Source: a bacterium
GTDB taxonomy: Bacteria > Patescibacteriota > Microgenomatia > Levybacterales > UBA12049
Direction of reading: 5' to 3'
Length of the DNA: 64,000 nt
NCBI GenBank assembly: GCA_021824155.1
Contig: JAKALN010000001.1
Coordinates: 64,015-128,014, forward strand
Shown in pieces: positions 9,356-18,892 of this stretch (within the stretch, counting starts at the first letter, position 1; each line of letters starts with the position of its first letter). The notes beneath the pieces were generated by a model. It had not been told where the DNA came from. It saw only the letters and a program-made list of their open reading frames with translations, and did not search any database. The position numbers were made by a program, and so were the translations under genes.

Positions 9356-10642
9356 TTAGCTTTTATCACTTGTCGTATCTTTTTCTTTACTCTCTTCTTG
9401 TACAGGTTCTTCTGCTTGGGTTTTTTCATTATTGCTCTTTCCGTCATCCGAAGGATGTGTTTGGTCGTTGACGCTTACTGTTTGAGCGTCACCTGCAGCC
9501 TGCGACTGGCCTTCAGTTTGAACTTCATCCGAAGCAATTGCTTGGTCGCCGGCGCTTGCCTGGGCTTCTTCTGCAGTAGCCTCAACTTTTACTTCTTCTT
9601 CCTGCTCTTTGGCGACTTCGGGTTCCTTGGTTTCCTCTTCTTTCTTTGCTTCTTTTTTAGGTTTTTCTTCTGCTTCTTCCTTAGGCTTTAATCCGGGTTT
9701 TCCTTCTATTTCAATTCTGTAGCCTGTTAATTTCGAAGCCAGCCTTACATTTTGTCCGTCTTTTCCTATTGCCAAAGAAAGCTCTTCTTCCGGAACCGTA
9801 ACTTTTGCTGTTTTCTCTTTTTCGTCAATTTCCACTTTTATGTCTTTTGCCGGCGACAAAGACTGCGCAACATAACTTTTAGGGTCTTCCTGCCATTGGA
9901 TGATGTCTATTTTTTCCAACCCGTTAAACTCCTGGATTATTGCCTGGACTCTTACTCCTTTTTGTCCTACGCAGCTTCCTACAGGGTCAATTCCCGACTG
10001 TGTAGAATAAACGGCAACTTTGCTTCTGTTTCCCGGTTCCCTGACAATCTGTTTTATTTCAACAGAACCCTGGGCAACTTCGGGAACTTCCCTTTTGAAT
10101 AATCCTTCCAAAATCCCGCTGTTTGTCCTTGAAACAATAACTTCTTCCCCTTTTAGCCCTTCTTTAATTTCCGAAAGATAAACAACAAGCCTTTGGTTTA
10201 AATGGTATTTTTCGTTTGGAATTTGTTCGGTTTGGGGCATTATTGCTTCTGTTTTTCCTACATCAACAATAATATTGGGGCCTGCAAATCTTAAAACCAT
10301 TCCGTTTACAATCGTACCCATCCTGAGTTTATAATCAGTAATTATTGCTTCTTTTTCTTTTTCCCTTATCTTTTGAAGTATTACCTGCTTTGCGGTTTGA
10401 GCCGCAATTCTTCCAAATCCGGGAGGAGTAACGTCCTCATCTTTGTGGAAAATTTTTGCTTCCCCCGAATTTGAATCCAATTCCGCCCTATATTCTTCTA
10501 CTTCTATTCCGGGGTGGTCTTTTCTGTATGCTGCCAAAATAGCATTTCTAACCGTTTCCAAAACAACGGCCGCGTCGATGCCTCTTTCCATAGAGACCTG
10601 ATTTAATGCTAATGCAAATTCACTTCTTTGTATCGCCGGCAT
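9356..10642 (-). CDS. nusA: Transcription termination/antitermination factor NusA with acidic C-terminal tail
   Basis: FGRIAAQTAKQVILQKIRE, REPGNRSKVAV, DPVGSCVGQKG, SLAIGKDGQNVRLA. ATG 10642 is preferred over TTG 10681 because a TGGTATACT -10 lies just upstream of it. Confidence 0.95.
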   Translation of the reverse strand: MPAIQRSEFALALNQVSMERGIDAAVVLETVRNAILAAYRKDHPGIEVEEYRAELDSNSGEAKIFHKDEDVTPPGFGRIAAQTAKQVILQKIREKEKEAIITDYKLRMGTIVNGMVLRFAGPNIIVDVGKTEAIMPQTEQIPNEKYHLNQRLVVYLSEIKEGLKGEEVIVSRTNSGILEGLFKREVPEVAQGSVEIKQIVREPGNRSKVAVYSTQSGIDPVGSCVGQKGVRVQAIIQEFNGLEKIDIIQWQEDPKSYVAQSLSPAKDIKVEIDEKEKTAKVTVPEEELSLAIGKDGQNVRLASKLTGYRIEIEGKPGLKPKEEAEEKPKKEAKKEEETKEPEVAKEQEEEVKVEATAEEAQASAGDQAIASDEVQTEGQSQAAGDAQTVSVNDQTHPSDDGKSNNEKTQAEEPVQEESKEKDTTSDKS

Positions 10643-10701
10643 AATGGGTTTAAGTATACCAGATTTGAATTCAAACCTCAACGGTTAAGAAACCAATGGA
10701 G

Positions 10702-13068
10702 TTATGAGGTAATTATAATTTCTCCGCTTTCCGATGTGGAAATTGTTATTTTGTCCCCTCTTTTTATTTCATCTTTTAGCATTTTTTGAGCTATTAAATC
10801 TTCTATATTGTCCTGAATAAAACGCCTCAGCGGCCTTGCCCCGAATTCCTTGTCAAAACCCTCTGCCGAAATTTTTTGAATTATTTTATCGTCAAAAACA
10901 GCTTCTATGTCTTTATCTTTAAGCGTTTTTATAACTTCGGTAAGCATAAGTTTTGTGACCTCTAAAATCTGGCTCCCATCGAGCGGTTTGAAGGTAATAA
11001 TATCGTCAAAACGGTTTAAAAGCTCCGGTTTAAAAATCCCCTGTTTCTGAAGATAATCCAAAAGGTTTGTTTTGAATGCTTTATCAATTTTTGTTCCTTT
11101 GCCGACTTCTTCGCGGATAAATTCCGAAGCCCCGTTTGAAGTTGCTATTATGATTGAATTTACAAAAGAAATTGTCCTCCCTTTATTATCGGTAAGCCTG
11201 CCGTCGTCTAGAACCTGAAGGAAAAGGTCCAAAATTTTAGGGTCTGCTTTTTCAAACTCGTCCAAAAGTATTAAAGAAAATGGATTATCGTAAACTTTTT
11301 CTATCTCACCTTTTTCGTCTCCCTCTCCGGGTGCCGAACCCAAAAGCCTTTTAATTCCCTCTTCCCCTTTATATTCGCTCATGTCAAACCTTAGCATTGA
11401 ATTTTCCGATTTAAAATAAATCGCGGAAAGCGCTTTTGCTGTTTCTGTTTTTCCTACACCCGTAGGCCCTAAAAATAGGAATGAAACCGGTTTTCTGCTT
11501 TCGGAAAGCCCTGTTCGCAGTCTTCTTAAGCTTTCCGAAACTGCAGAAACCGCTTCATTTTGGCCGACAATCCTTTTATGCAGTTCTTCTTCCAAATTTA
11601 AAAGCAGTGTTTTTTCCGCTTCTTTGGGGACGCCTACGGGAATTTTTGTTTTTCTTTCTACCTCCGTAACTATATCTTCCGCTTCTACTGTCTTTCTTTT
11701 GGAAAGCCTGACGGAATTTGAAGTGTTATCTAAAAGGTCAACTGCAGACCCCGGCAAAACTTTTTCCCTGCTGTATTTTGAAGAGTAATCGAAAGCCGCA
11801 ATAACCGCCCTGTAAGTTAAGGAAACGTTATATTTTTGTTCAAGTTCAAAAGCTTTCTTAAAAAGCATAAGAAGTACTATGTCTTTTGAAGGCTCATTAA
11901 ATTTTACTATTTCGAAAACATCCAAAAGAGTATTCCTCGGTTCCACAAATTTTTTGTAAACTTCGGGAGTTACACTTCCTAAAACTTTCAGGGCTCCTTT
12001 TTCCAGATAAGGAAGAAGCGCTCCTGAAAGGTCTATGCCAAAAGTTGACCCTCCCAAAATGCTTTGAAATTCCGGAATGTAAATAATAACATCTCCGGCG
12101 TGGGATATTTCTTCTATGACAGCATCCAAACGCTCTTGGAGTTGTCCCTGGTTTTGGGTCCCGGCCAAAAGAGCATCAACCATTAACCGGAAAAGTCTTT
12201 GATGGTAAAGGCTTCCTCCCAGGGTTTTGTCAAAGCTTTCGTAAGCCAGAGCTTCGGCAATTGACTCTTTTCCGCTTCCCGGTTCTCCTACCAAAATTAC
12301 GCTGCTGCCTTTATACATAGCTTCTATCGTTTGCGCTAATTCTTCTTCCCTTCCCAAAAGCATAGGCTTTTTGCTTAAAGCAAGGGGGGTTATGTCGGAC
12401 ATATATTTTTTTGTTTCTATTGTCCATCCGAAAACCCAATCCTCGGCAATTCCCTCGCCCCAGAAATTAACCCGTAAGGGTTTTCTGTTTTCTTCAAATT
12501 TATACCCGGCCCTTGCCCAGTATAAAATTTGCATAAATTCCTCTTTTTTGAGTTTTTTATTAAACAGAAGTTTTGTTTTATCTTCGGAAAGAATAATATA
12601 AGCGGCAAAAATATCCATTGTTGTAATATAATTTCCTTTTAATGTTTTAACTAATTCCAATGCGTATTCGGCCAATTCTTTTTTATCCAAATCTATAAAT
12701 TCAATTTCTTTTTTGGAAATATCGGCCTTTTTAAGCATAAATTCAATTTGAGGTTTTCCGAATAAACTCTTTGTAACATCTTTCGCAGTATTTTTCCCAG
12801 AGAATGCGCTTAATGCGGGAAGAGTAAAAGCATTAAGCGGCTCTTTTGTTTTTAAAACGCTTTCTTTTGGAGATACTTTTGCAACTTTAAACTCGAAAAA
12901 AACTTCGAGCATTACAAATAGAGAAAAAATAAATATGGGGATTTTGGGAAATGAATGGTTTAAAAACTCTACTGTTATAAAAAGGGACAAAAATACAATG
13001 ATTAAAAACCTTAAAATTTTAATACGTAAATTCTCGTAAAAATAATATAGTTTTGCGTATGTTTCCAT
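10702..13068 (-). CDS. Membrane-anchored Clp/Hsp100-family ATPase (two AAA modules, D1 degenerate)
   Basis: Two N-terminal hydrophobic helices. D1 GEPGSGKE with Walker B IIYIPEF. D2 FLFLGPTGVGKTE, LLDEFEKA, DDGRLTD, PELLNRFD, FGARPLRR. Confidence 0.88.
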   Translation of the reverse strand: METYAKLYYFYENLRIKILRFLIIVFLSLFITVEFLNHSFPKIPIFIFSLFVMLEVFFEFKVAKVSPKESVLKTKEPLNAFTLPALSAFSGKNTAKDVTKSLFGKPQIEFMLKKADISKKEIEFIDLDKKELAEYALELVKTLKGNYITTMDIFAAYIILSEDKTKLLFNKKLKKEEFMQILYWARAGYKFEENRKPLRVNFWGEGIAEDWVFGWTIETKKYMSDITPLALSKKPMLLGREEELAQTIEAMYKGSSVILVGEPGSGKESIAEALAYESFDKTLGGSLYHQRLFRLMVDALLAGTQNQGQLQERLDAVIEEISHAGDVIIYIPEFQSILGGSTFGIDLSGALLPYLEKGALKVLGSVTPEVYKKFVEPRNTLLDVFEIVKFNEPSKDIVLLMLFKKAFELEQKYNVSLTYRAVIAAFDYSSKYSREKVLPGSAVDLLDNTSNSVRLSKRKTVEAEDIVTEVERKTKIPVGVPKEAEKTLLLNLEEELHKRIVGQNEAVSAVSESLRRLRTGLSESRKPVSFLFLGPTGVGKTETAKALSAIYFKSENSMLRFDMSEYKGEEGIKRLLGSAPGEGDEKGEIEKVYDNPFSLILLDEFEKADPKILDLFLQVLDDGRLTDNKGRTISFVNSIIIATSNGASEFIREEVGKGTKIDKAFKTNLLDYLQKQGIFKPELLNRFDDIITFKPLDGSQILEVTKLMLTEVIKTLKDKDIEAVFDDKIIQKISAEGFDKEFGARPLRRFIQDNIEDLIAQKMLKDEIKRGDKITISTSESGEIIITS

Positions 13069-13069
13069 A

Positions 13070-13396
13070 TTAAATAAATAAAATGTAAATTGTTACAAAT
13101 GGCCAGATTATAAAAGCAATAAATACAAAAATTTCAACAAAAAGAAGAAGCATAAAAAGCATCAAATCGGCGATTATCACAAAGCTTTTTATAAAAATTC
13201 CCATTGCCCTTGAAAACCCGATAAGCCCTTTTCTGTATTCATTTTTCCAAGGCTTAAAATATGTTTTTATCAGAAGGGGGAGGGAAAAAAGTTCAAAAAA
13301 TGCTATATTTAACGACTTGAAAAAAGAAATCATGGATAAAGGGGCTTCCAGAAACCAGAATTTTAAAAAGTATAGAGGCAATAAAAATATACTCAT
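13070..13396 (-). CDS. Small membrane protein coupled to the membrane Clp ATPase
   Basis: 108-aa hydrophobic ORF (FSLPLLIKTYFKPWK) ending 1 bp before the Clp start. Confidence 0.75.
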   Translation of the reverse strand: MSIFLLPLYFLKFWFLEAPLSMISFFKSLNIAFFELFSLPLLIKTYFKPWKNEYRKGLIGFSRAMGIFIKSFVIIADLMLFMLLLFVEIFVFIAFIIWPFVTIYILFI

Positions 13397-13398
13397 AG

Positions 13399-13466
13399 AA
13401 CTCGCCCTTCCGAAGCTTTATGCGCAGGAGGGCAGTTGCCCCGGTACCGCGTAGGGTACGGGGTTT
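13399..13466. repeat. Two tandem GC-rich REP-like hairpins
   Basis: aactcgcccttcc...ggagggcagtt and ccccggtacc...ggtacgggg stems in an AT-rich background. Confidence 0.55.
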
Positions 13467-13501
13467 AATTTAAGTTTAAGTAATTGAAGAAAAAATTGCA
13501 A

Positions 13502-14389
13502 TTATCGAGCGCTTTTTATAAGTTCCTCGACCATCTGATTAAATGTTAATCCTGCGGCTTTTGCCTCTTTAGGAACTAAACTACCTTCCGTCATTCCGGG
13601 AATCGTATTTATTTCCAAAACATAAGGCTTTCCTTTTTTATCGACTATAAAATCCGTCCTTGAGTATGAGCCCAAATCAAAAAACCTGTGAATTTTAAGA
13701 GCAATTTTTTGCACCTCTTTTTTTGATTCCCCGGTTAAAGAAGGCGCATTTGGAATTTCTTTAGTCTCCCCGGAATATTTATTTTTATAGTCAAACCATC
13801 CTTTTTGGGGAGGAACAATTTCCAAAATAGGCAGGGCTCTGTTATTTAATACGGCAGCCGTTACTTCAATTCCGGTAAGATACTGCTCAACAAAAAGGTC
13901 TTTATGTTTAAAAATTTCCTTTTTAAATTTAAGTAGATCCTTTTTTGATTTTAAGATAAAAACCTCCCGAGACGACCCTCCGCTTGAAGTTTTAACAACA
14001 CAAGGGAAACCAAATTTAATTACGTCTTCCGGTTTTTTAATTGGCTTCCACAAAGACGTTAATATTTTATTTTTGTCACAAAATTTTTTAAAAGGGATTT
14101 TGTACCAGGCTTTTTTTAGACCTATGTAATTATTTGTTCCGACCACCCGAATATTTATTTTTGAAATAAATTTGTGAAGAAGTCCTCCTTCCCCTTCCTC
14201 TCCGTGCAAAACAGGAAAAATAACATCAAAATCTTTTGCGATTTTTTTAATGGGCCCGTAACCGTTTTTAAGGTCATAAACTTTTACCTTATGCCCGTTT
14301 TCTTTTAAGGCTTTGGCAACGTTTTTTGCCGACATAAAAGAAATTTTCCGTTCGGAAGAATTACCGCCTGTTAAAATTAAAATCTTCAT
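13502..14389 (-). CDS. ddl: D-alanine--D-alanine ligase
   Basis: GGNSSERKISFMS, LHGEEGEGG, FDYKNKY, RTDF and LEINTIPGMT ATP-grasp motifs. Confidence 0.93.
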   Translation of the reverse strand: MKILILTGGNSSERKISFMSAKNVAKALKENGHKVKVYDLKNGYGPIKKIAKDFDVIFPVLHGEEGEGGLLHKFISKINIRVVGTNNYIGLKKAWYKIPFKKFCDKNKILTSLWKPIKKPEDVIKFGFPCVVKTSSGGSSREVFILKSKKDLLKFKKEIFKHKDLFVEQYLTGIEVTAAVLNNRALPILEIVPPQKGWFDYKNKYSGETKEIPNAPSLTGESKKEVQKIALKIHRFFDLGSYSRTDFIVDKKGKPYVLEINTIPGMTEGSLVPKEAKAAGLTFNQMVEELIKSAR

Positions 14390-14430
14390 TTAAGGAGTCA
14401 ATTATAGTACAAATTAAAAAAATATTTCTG

Positions 14431-16299
14431 CTAAGGGTTTGGAGTGCACTTTAAGGGACAAATCTGGATCGAACTTTGTCCCGTAACGCACGAAGGGTCA
14501 AAAACACAGGTATAAGTTGCCGAAGGATTAACCGGAACAGGCGTCGGGGTTGCCTGGTTTGCGGTAATTGTAGGAAAAGGCTGTGAGCTTGGGGCGGGCG
14601 TTGGAGTCGGATTTTCCAAAGGCGCCGGAGTAGGCGTAGGCGTATTTAAAGCCGAAGGGGGAATAGGAAAGTTAATTGTATATCCTATTGTATTTTGGGT
14701 AATAGTAAAACTTTTAGAACCAAAACTCAAATTATAATAAGTACTTTTTGCCGAGATTGAATAGTTTCCTACAGGAAGATTGCCAAAAGTATAATTCCCC
14801 GAAAAATCGGTAACCGATGTGCCCGAATACAAACCGCTAAGATTTACGCTTAAATTCGGAAAAGCAGATTCCCCCGGGTCTTTTTGCCCGTTATTATTCG
14901 AATCTATAAAAGCAGTGCCCGTGACGCTATGGATAATCGGGGCAGGAGTAGGCGTAGGTGTAGGTGTCGGAGTTGGCGAAACGGCAGGGGTAGGCGTTGG
15001 AGTAATGGTTGACTGGGGCCCTCCGGAACAGGGCTTGTAAAAAGGCAGAATATTATTTGTTATCCAGCTCTTTTCAACAGAATCAAACTCGTTTGGCGCG
15101 CAGCCTATCGCGCTCATTATCGTATCGTTTGTTCCTCCGCTTATTAAACTTTTTGTAAAAGACTGGCAGGTTAGCGGAAAAGGGGCATATTGGTTTGTAT
15201 TTGCGCATCCTTTATATATTCCCGTTGACCCTGCGAGAGGCCAAAAGCCTTCACCGGAAGAATTAACCGAACAATTGCTTTGGGGATAACCCGAAGGTAT
15301 TACCGAATAATTTGAGTCGCTTGAAACATATCTGTCCCAAAGGTATCCGATTGCATGGCCTTCAAGTTCGTGTGAAGCGGCGGCAAAAGGTTTTCCTCCG
15401 GTTGGGCCCGGATATACAAAATTCGTATAAATAATAACGTCTCCTCCAACCCCGTTTACTAAACCGGCAAGTCCTCCGTCAACGCTTAGGGCATTGGGGT
15501 TATCTACCAAAACTATGAATTTTTGAGCAGAAGGATAATATCTTAAACCGGAACTTTTTATAGCTGTGAGTTTATTTTCTATGCATGCTTTTATTCCTGA
15601 TGTTGCACAGCCGAAGTTTTGAGAAGAATCAACTTCTTTAAAATCAAAAATACTGGGGTTAACGTTATAAGGAGGGGTTGTATTATATAAATTTTCAAGA
15701 TACGAAACGTCCGTTTTAAACCGGTCTATATTTGTATAATTATCGTTAATAAAAACCGTTGTAACCGGGCCGCATGAGATACTTTTGCTTGCCGCATCGG
15801 CACTTTGGACAAAATTATATGACGTAAGGCCCGGGAGATTAACCTCCAAAACGTTTTTATTATTCCTTAAGATTATCATTTTGGAAGCAGTGTTTTGAAA
15901 AGGAACAAAAATAACGGACTTTGCGTTTTCCGTTAAAGACGAACCGGCGGTGGCATTGGGAAAAAAATCATAAAGTATTTGTTCGGTAATATTTATCTTT
16001 GCGCTGTAAATTACTTTTCCCTTACTATCCAGAACTTCCAGTTTATAAGGAGAGTATAAAGAATTTCTTTGGTCGGGAATATACTGGCCGTTTATTAAAT
16101 TAAGCTTATCCAAAATTAATTTTTGCGAAGTCTGATTATAAGTTAATTCCAGCTGCCAGGTTTTCTCGGTAACCTCTTTTGTTTTAATACTGTTTATTAA
16201 ATATATCCCCGATAAAATGAGAATTATAAGAATTGCCAAAACGGCTATTAAATAATTTTTTTTATTTATTAAAAAGGCCTTGAACTTTTGAAGGTTCAT
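14431..16299 (-). CDS. Membrane-anchored/secreted zinc-peptidase-like protein (M64-like) with SdrD-B-like domain and PT linkers
   Basis: N-terminal TM; SHELEGHAIGYLWDRY and DTIMS; VTGTAFIDSNNNGQKDPGE...TDFSGNYTF (SdrD-B-like); TPTP repeats; Cys-rich C-terminus. Confidence 0.6.
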   Translation of the reverse strand: MNLQKFKAFLINKKNYLIAVLAILIILILSGIYLINSIKTKEVTEKTWQLELTYNQTSQKLILDKLNLINGQYIPDQRNSLYSPYKLEVLDSKGKVIYSAKINITEQILYDFFPNATAGSSLTENAKSVIFVPFQNTASKMIILRNNKNVLEVNLPGLTSYNFVQSADAASKSISCGPVTTVFINDNYTNIDRFKTDVSYLENLYNTTPPYNVNPSIFDFKEVDSSQNFGCATSGIKACIENKLTAIKSSGLRYYPSAQKFIVLVDNPNALSVDGGLAGLVNGVGGDVIIYTNFVYPGPTGGKPFAAASHELEGHAIGYLWDRYVSSDSNYSVIPSGYPQSNCSVNSSGEGFWPLAGSTGIYKGCANTNQYAPFPLTCQSFTKSLISGGTNDTIMSAIGCAPNEFDSVEKSWITNNILPFYKPCSGGPQSTITPTPTPAVSPTPTPTPTPTPAPIIHSVTGTAFIDSNNNGQKDPGESAFPNLSVNLSGLYSGTSVTDFSGNYTFGNLPVGNYSISAKSTYYNLSFGSKSFTITQNTIGYTINFPIPPSALNTPTPTPAPLENPTPTPAPSSQPFPTITANQATPTPVPVNPSATYTCVFDPSCVTGQSSIQICPLKCTPNP

Positions 16300-18872
16300 A
16301 CGGAAGTTACCGGACTTTGACTGTCTTGCTGCATTTGAGTTCCGTCAGCGCCAACAGAAGGCGGATTTTGAATGTTATTCGGGACCGGATTTTCCCCAAT
16401 TGCGGCAGAAGCGGGACTTACAAAAGGGCCGACTCCGTTTTGGGGAGTCTCCTGCGGTGCAACTTGGACCGATTTTGTAAAAGTGAACTCATCTTTTGTA
16501 CCGTCGTAGTCAACGAGGATTTTATCTCCCTTTGCAAAAGTCTTGTTTATTATTAAAACCGCGATCGGGTTTTCTATTCCCGTTTGTATCAGCCTTCTTA
16601 AGGGTCTTGCTCCAAACTGAGGGTCGTATCCTTCTTTTGAAAGCTGAGCCAAACCGTTTTCGCTTATTTCCAGGTCTATTCCCTGGGAAAGAAGAAGTTT
16701 TCTTGTCGCTTCTATTCCGAGCCTTGCTACTTGTACCATATCTTTTTGGGCAAGGGGTTCAAAAATAACAACTCCGTCAAAACGGTTTAAAAGTTCGGGC
16801 CTGAAAAATTTCCTGAGCTCTCCGACCAGTATTTTTGACAAATCTTCAAATCTCTTTTTATCCAGTTCCTCCGGCGTTTCTCCGGGACTTGGGGTTTGGG
16901 TTTGGGAAAGCTGCTGCTGTATTAAAGCGCTTCCTATATTTGAGGTTGCTATTACAATGGTATTTTTAAATGAAATTGTATTTCCCTTGTTATCCGTAAG
17001 CCTTCCGTCTTCAAGAAGCTGCAAAAGTATATTAAAAACGTCCGGATGGGCTTTTTCAACTTCATCCAGTAAGACTATTGAATAAGGTTTTGTCCTTACC
17101 GCTTCTGTTAATTGTCCTCCTTCTTCGTATCCGACATATCCGGGAGGAGCGCCTATCAGTTTTGCTACTTCGTGTTTTTCCATGTATTCACTCATATCAA
17201 GCCTTATCATCGCTTCCTCTTTACCGAAAAGTATCGATGCCAGCGTTTTTGCCAGTTCTGTTTTACCGACACCTGTAGGTCCCAGAAAAATAAACGAGGC
17301 AATCGGCCTGTTAGCGTTTGAAAGGCCTATTCTCCCCCTTCTTACGGCCTCTGCAACTGTTTTTACCGCCGCCTCCTGGTCTATAAGCCTTTTATGTATT
17401 AAGTCCTCCAGATGAAGAAGTTTTTCGCTTTCGTTTTCGGTTAATTTTGTTATCGGAATCCCTGTCCAGCTGGAAACAATTTTTTGGACATCTTCCTCTC
17501 TTACCTGGTTATCCGCACGTTTTCCGTTTTGTGTTTCTAAACGTACCTCTGCTGCCGCTTCATCTAAAAGATCAACAGCCTTATCGGGTAAATACCTTTC
17601 TCCTATGTACCTTTTTGAGAGTTTTACCGAGGCGGCTACTGCCTCCGGAGTAATTACAACCTTGTGAAAATTTTCATACTTTGGCTTTAAAACATTTAGC
17701 ATTTCTACTGCTGTTTCTTCGCTCGGCTCTTCAACGATAACCGGCTGGAATCTTCTTTCGAATGCTTTGTCTTTTTCAAAATGTTTCCTGTATTCCATAG
17801 TTGTTGTGGTTCCGATTAGCTGAAGTTGTCCCCTTGCCAAAAACGGTTTTATTATGTTTGAAGCGTCTAAAGCCCCTTCCGTATCGCCTGCTCCGATAAG
17901 AGTATGTATTTCGTCTATAAAAAGGACCACGTTTCCTGCCGCCTGGGTCTCTTTGATTACGCTTCTTAGCCTTTCTTCAAATTCACCCCTGTGAGAGGCG
18001 CCGGCAACCATAGAAGATAAATCAAGCTGTATAATTTTTTTGGCAGATAAATCTTTAGGAGCTTTTCCGGTAACTATGCTCTGGGCTAATCCTTCTACAA
18101 TCGCTGTTTTCCCGACACCCGCTTCTCCTATAATAATCGGGTTATTTTTTGTTCTTCTTAAAAGTATGTGAACAACCCTTTCAACTTCCCTGTCTCTTCC
18201 GGTTATAGGGTCCAATCCTCCGTTTTTAGCTTCTTCCGTTAGATCTACTCCGTATGTTTCCAAAGCGGATTTTTTTCCGTAAACAAAATTTGAAGATTTC
18301 GATAACTCGGCTTCTATTTTTTCTTTTTCCAGGCCTTGTGACTGTAAAAGCGAAGCGACTGTTACATTTTGTTCGAAAAGCGCAACTAACAAGTCCTCCG
18401 GGCTTACAAATTCCACTCCTCTTTGTTTTACCATCGAATAAGCTTTTTCAAAAATTTGTTTTGTAATGCCGCTTAAAGTCGGATTACCGTCAAAAGTCCC
18501 AATTTGTTCTTTTGCGCTGATTTCTTTGGACATTGCCGGCACATCAACAGAAAACTTTGATAAAAGGGCAAATATTTCCCCGTCAAATGTAAGTCCTATT
18601 AAAAGCTGTTCCGGTTCGATAAGGCTTTGTCTTATTCTTTTTGCCTCTTTTTCTGCCTGGTTTAATACGGCCGAAGCTCTGCTGTCAAGATGTGAAAGAA
18701 CGGATAAATCCTGTCTTGTAACAGGTTTCATTGAAGACCCGACAAGGTCTGTCTGGGGTATAACAGGTGACGGGATAGGATCGGATACTACGGGAACAAC
18801 AGGTGTATTTTCCGCAGGAGTTTGTTTTTGATCTTCAACATATTTTTTTGTTGTAAATAAATTTCCAAGCAT
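16296..18872 (-). CDS. Clp/Hsp100-family ATPase (ClpA/C-like, no M-domain, no IGF loop)
   Basis: Tandem Clp-N repeats, RRTKNNP, GEAGVGKT, FIDEIH, FERRFQ, LPDKAVDL; D2 GPTGVGKTE, PPGYVGYEEGG, LLDEVEKAH. Confidence 0.92.
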   Translation of the reverse strand: MLGNLFTTKKYVEDQKQTPAENTPVVPVVSDPIPSPVIPQTDLVGSSMKPVTRQDLSVLSHLDSRASAVLNQAEKEAKRIRQSLIEPEQLLIGLTFDGEIFALLSKFSVDVPAMSKEISAKEQIGTFDGNPTLSGITKQIFEKAYSMVKQRGVEFVSPEDLLVALFEQNVTVASLLQSQGLEKEKIEAELSKSSNFVYGKKSALETYGVDLTEEAKNGGLDPITGRDREVERVVHILLRRTKNNPIIIGEAGVGKTAIVEGLAQSIVTGKAPKDLSAKKIIQLDLSSMVAGASHRGEFEERLRSVIKETQAAGNVVLFIDEIHTLIGAGDTEGALDASNIIKPFLARGQLQLIGTTTTMEYRKHFEKDKAFERRFQPVIVEEPSEETAVEMLNVLKPKYENFHKVVITPEAVAASVKLSKRYIGERYLPDKAVDLLDEAAAEVRLETQNGKRADNQVREEDVQKIVSSWTGIPITKLTENESEKLLHLEDLIHKRLIDQEAAVKTVAEAVRRGRIGLSNANRPIASFIFLGPTGVGKTELAKTLASILFGKEEAMIRLDMSEYMEKHEVAKLIGAPPGYVGYEEGGQLTEAVRTKPYSIVLLDEVEKAHPDVFNILLQLLEDGRLTDNKGNTISFKNTIVIATSNIGSALIQQQLSQTQTPSPGETPEELDKKRFEDLSKILVGELRKFFRPELLNRFDGVVIFEPLAQKDMVQVARLGIEATRKLLLSQGIDLEISENGLAQLSKEGYDPQFGARPLRRLIQTGIENPIAVLIINKTFAKGDKILVDYDGTKDEFTFTKSVQVAPQETPQNGVGPFVSPASAAIGENPVPNNIQNPPSVGADGTQMQQDSQSPVTSV

Positions 18873-18892
18873 AGGCAGTTTTAATAATTATA

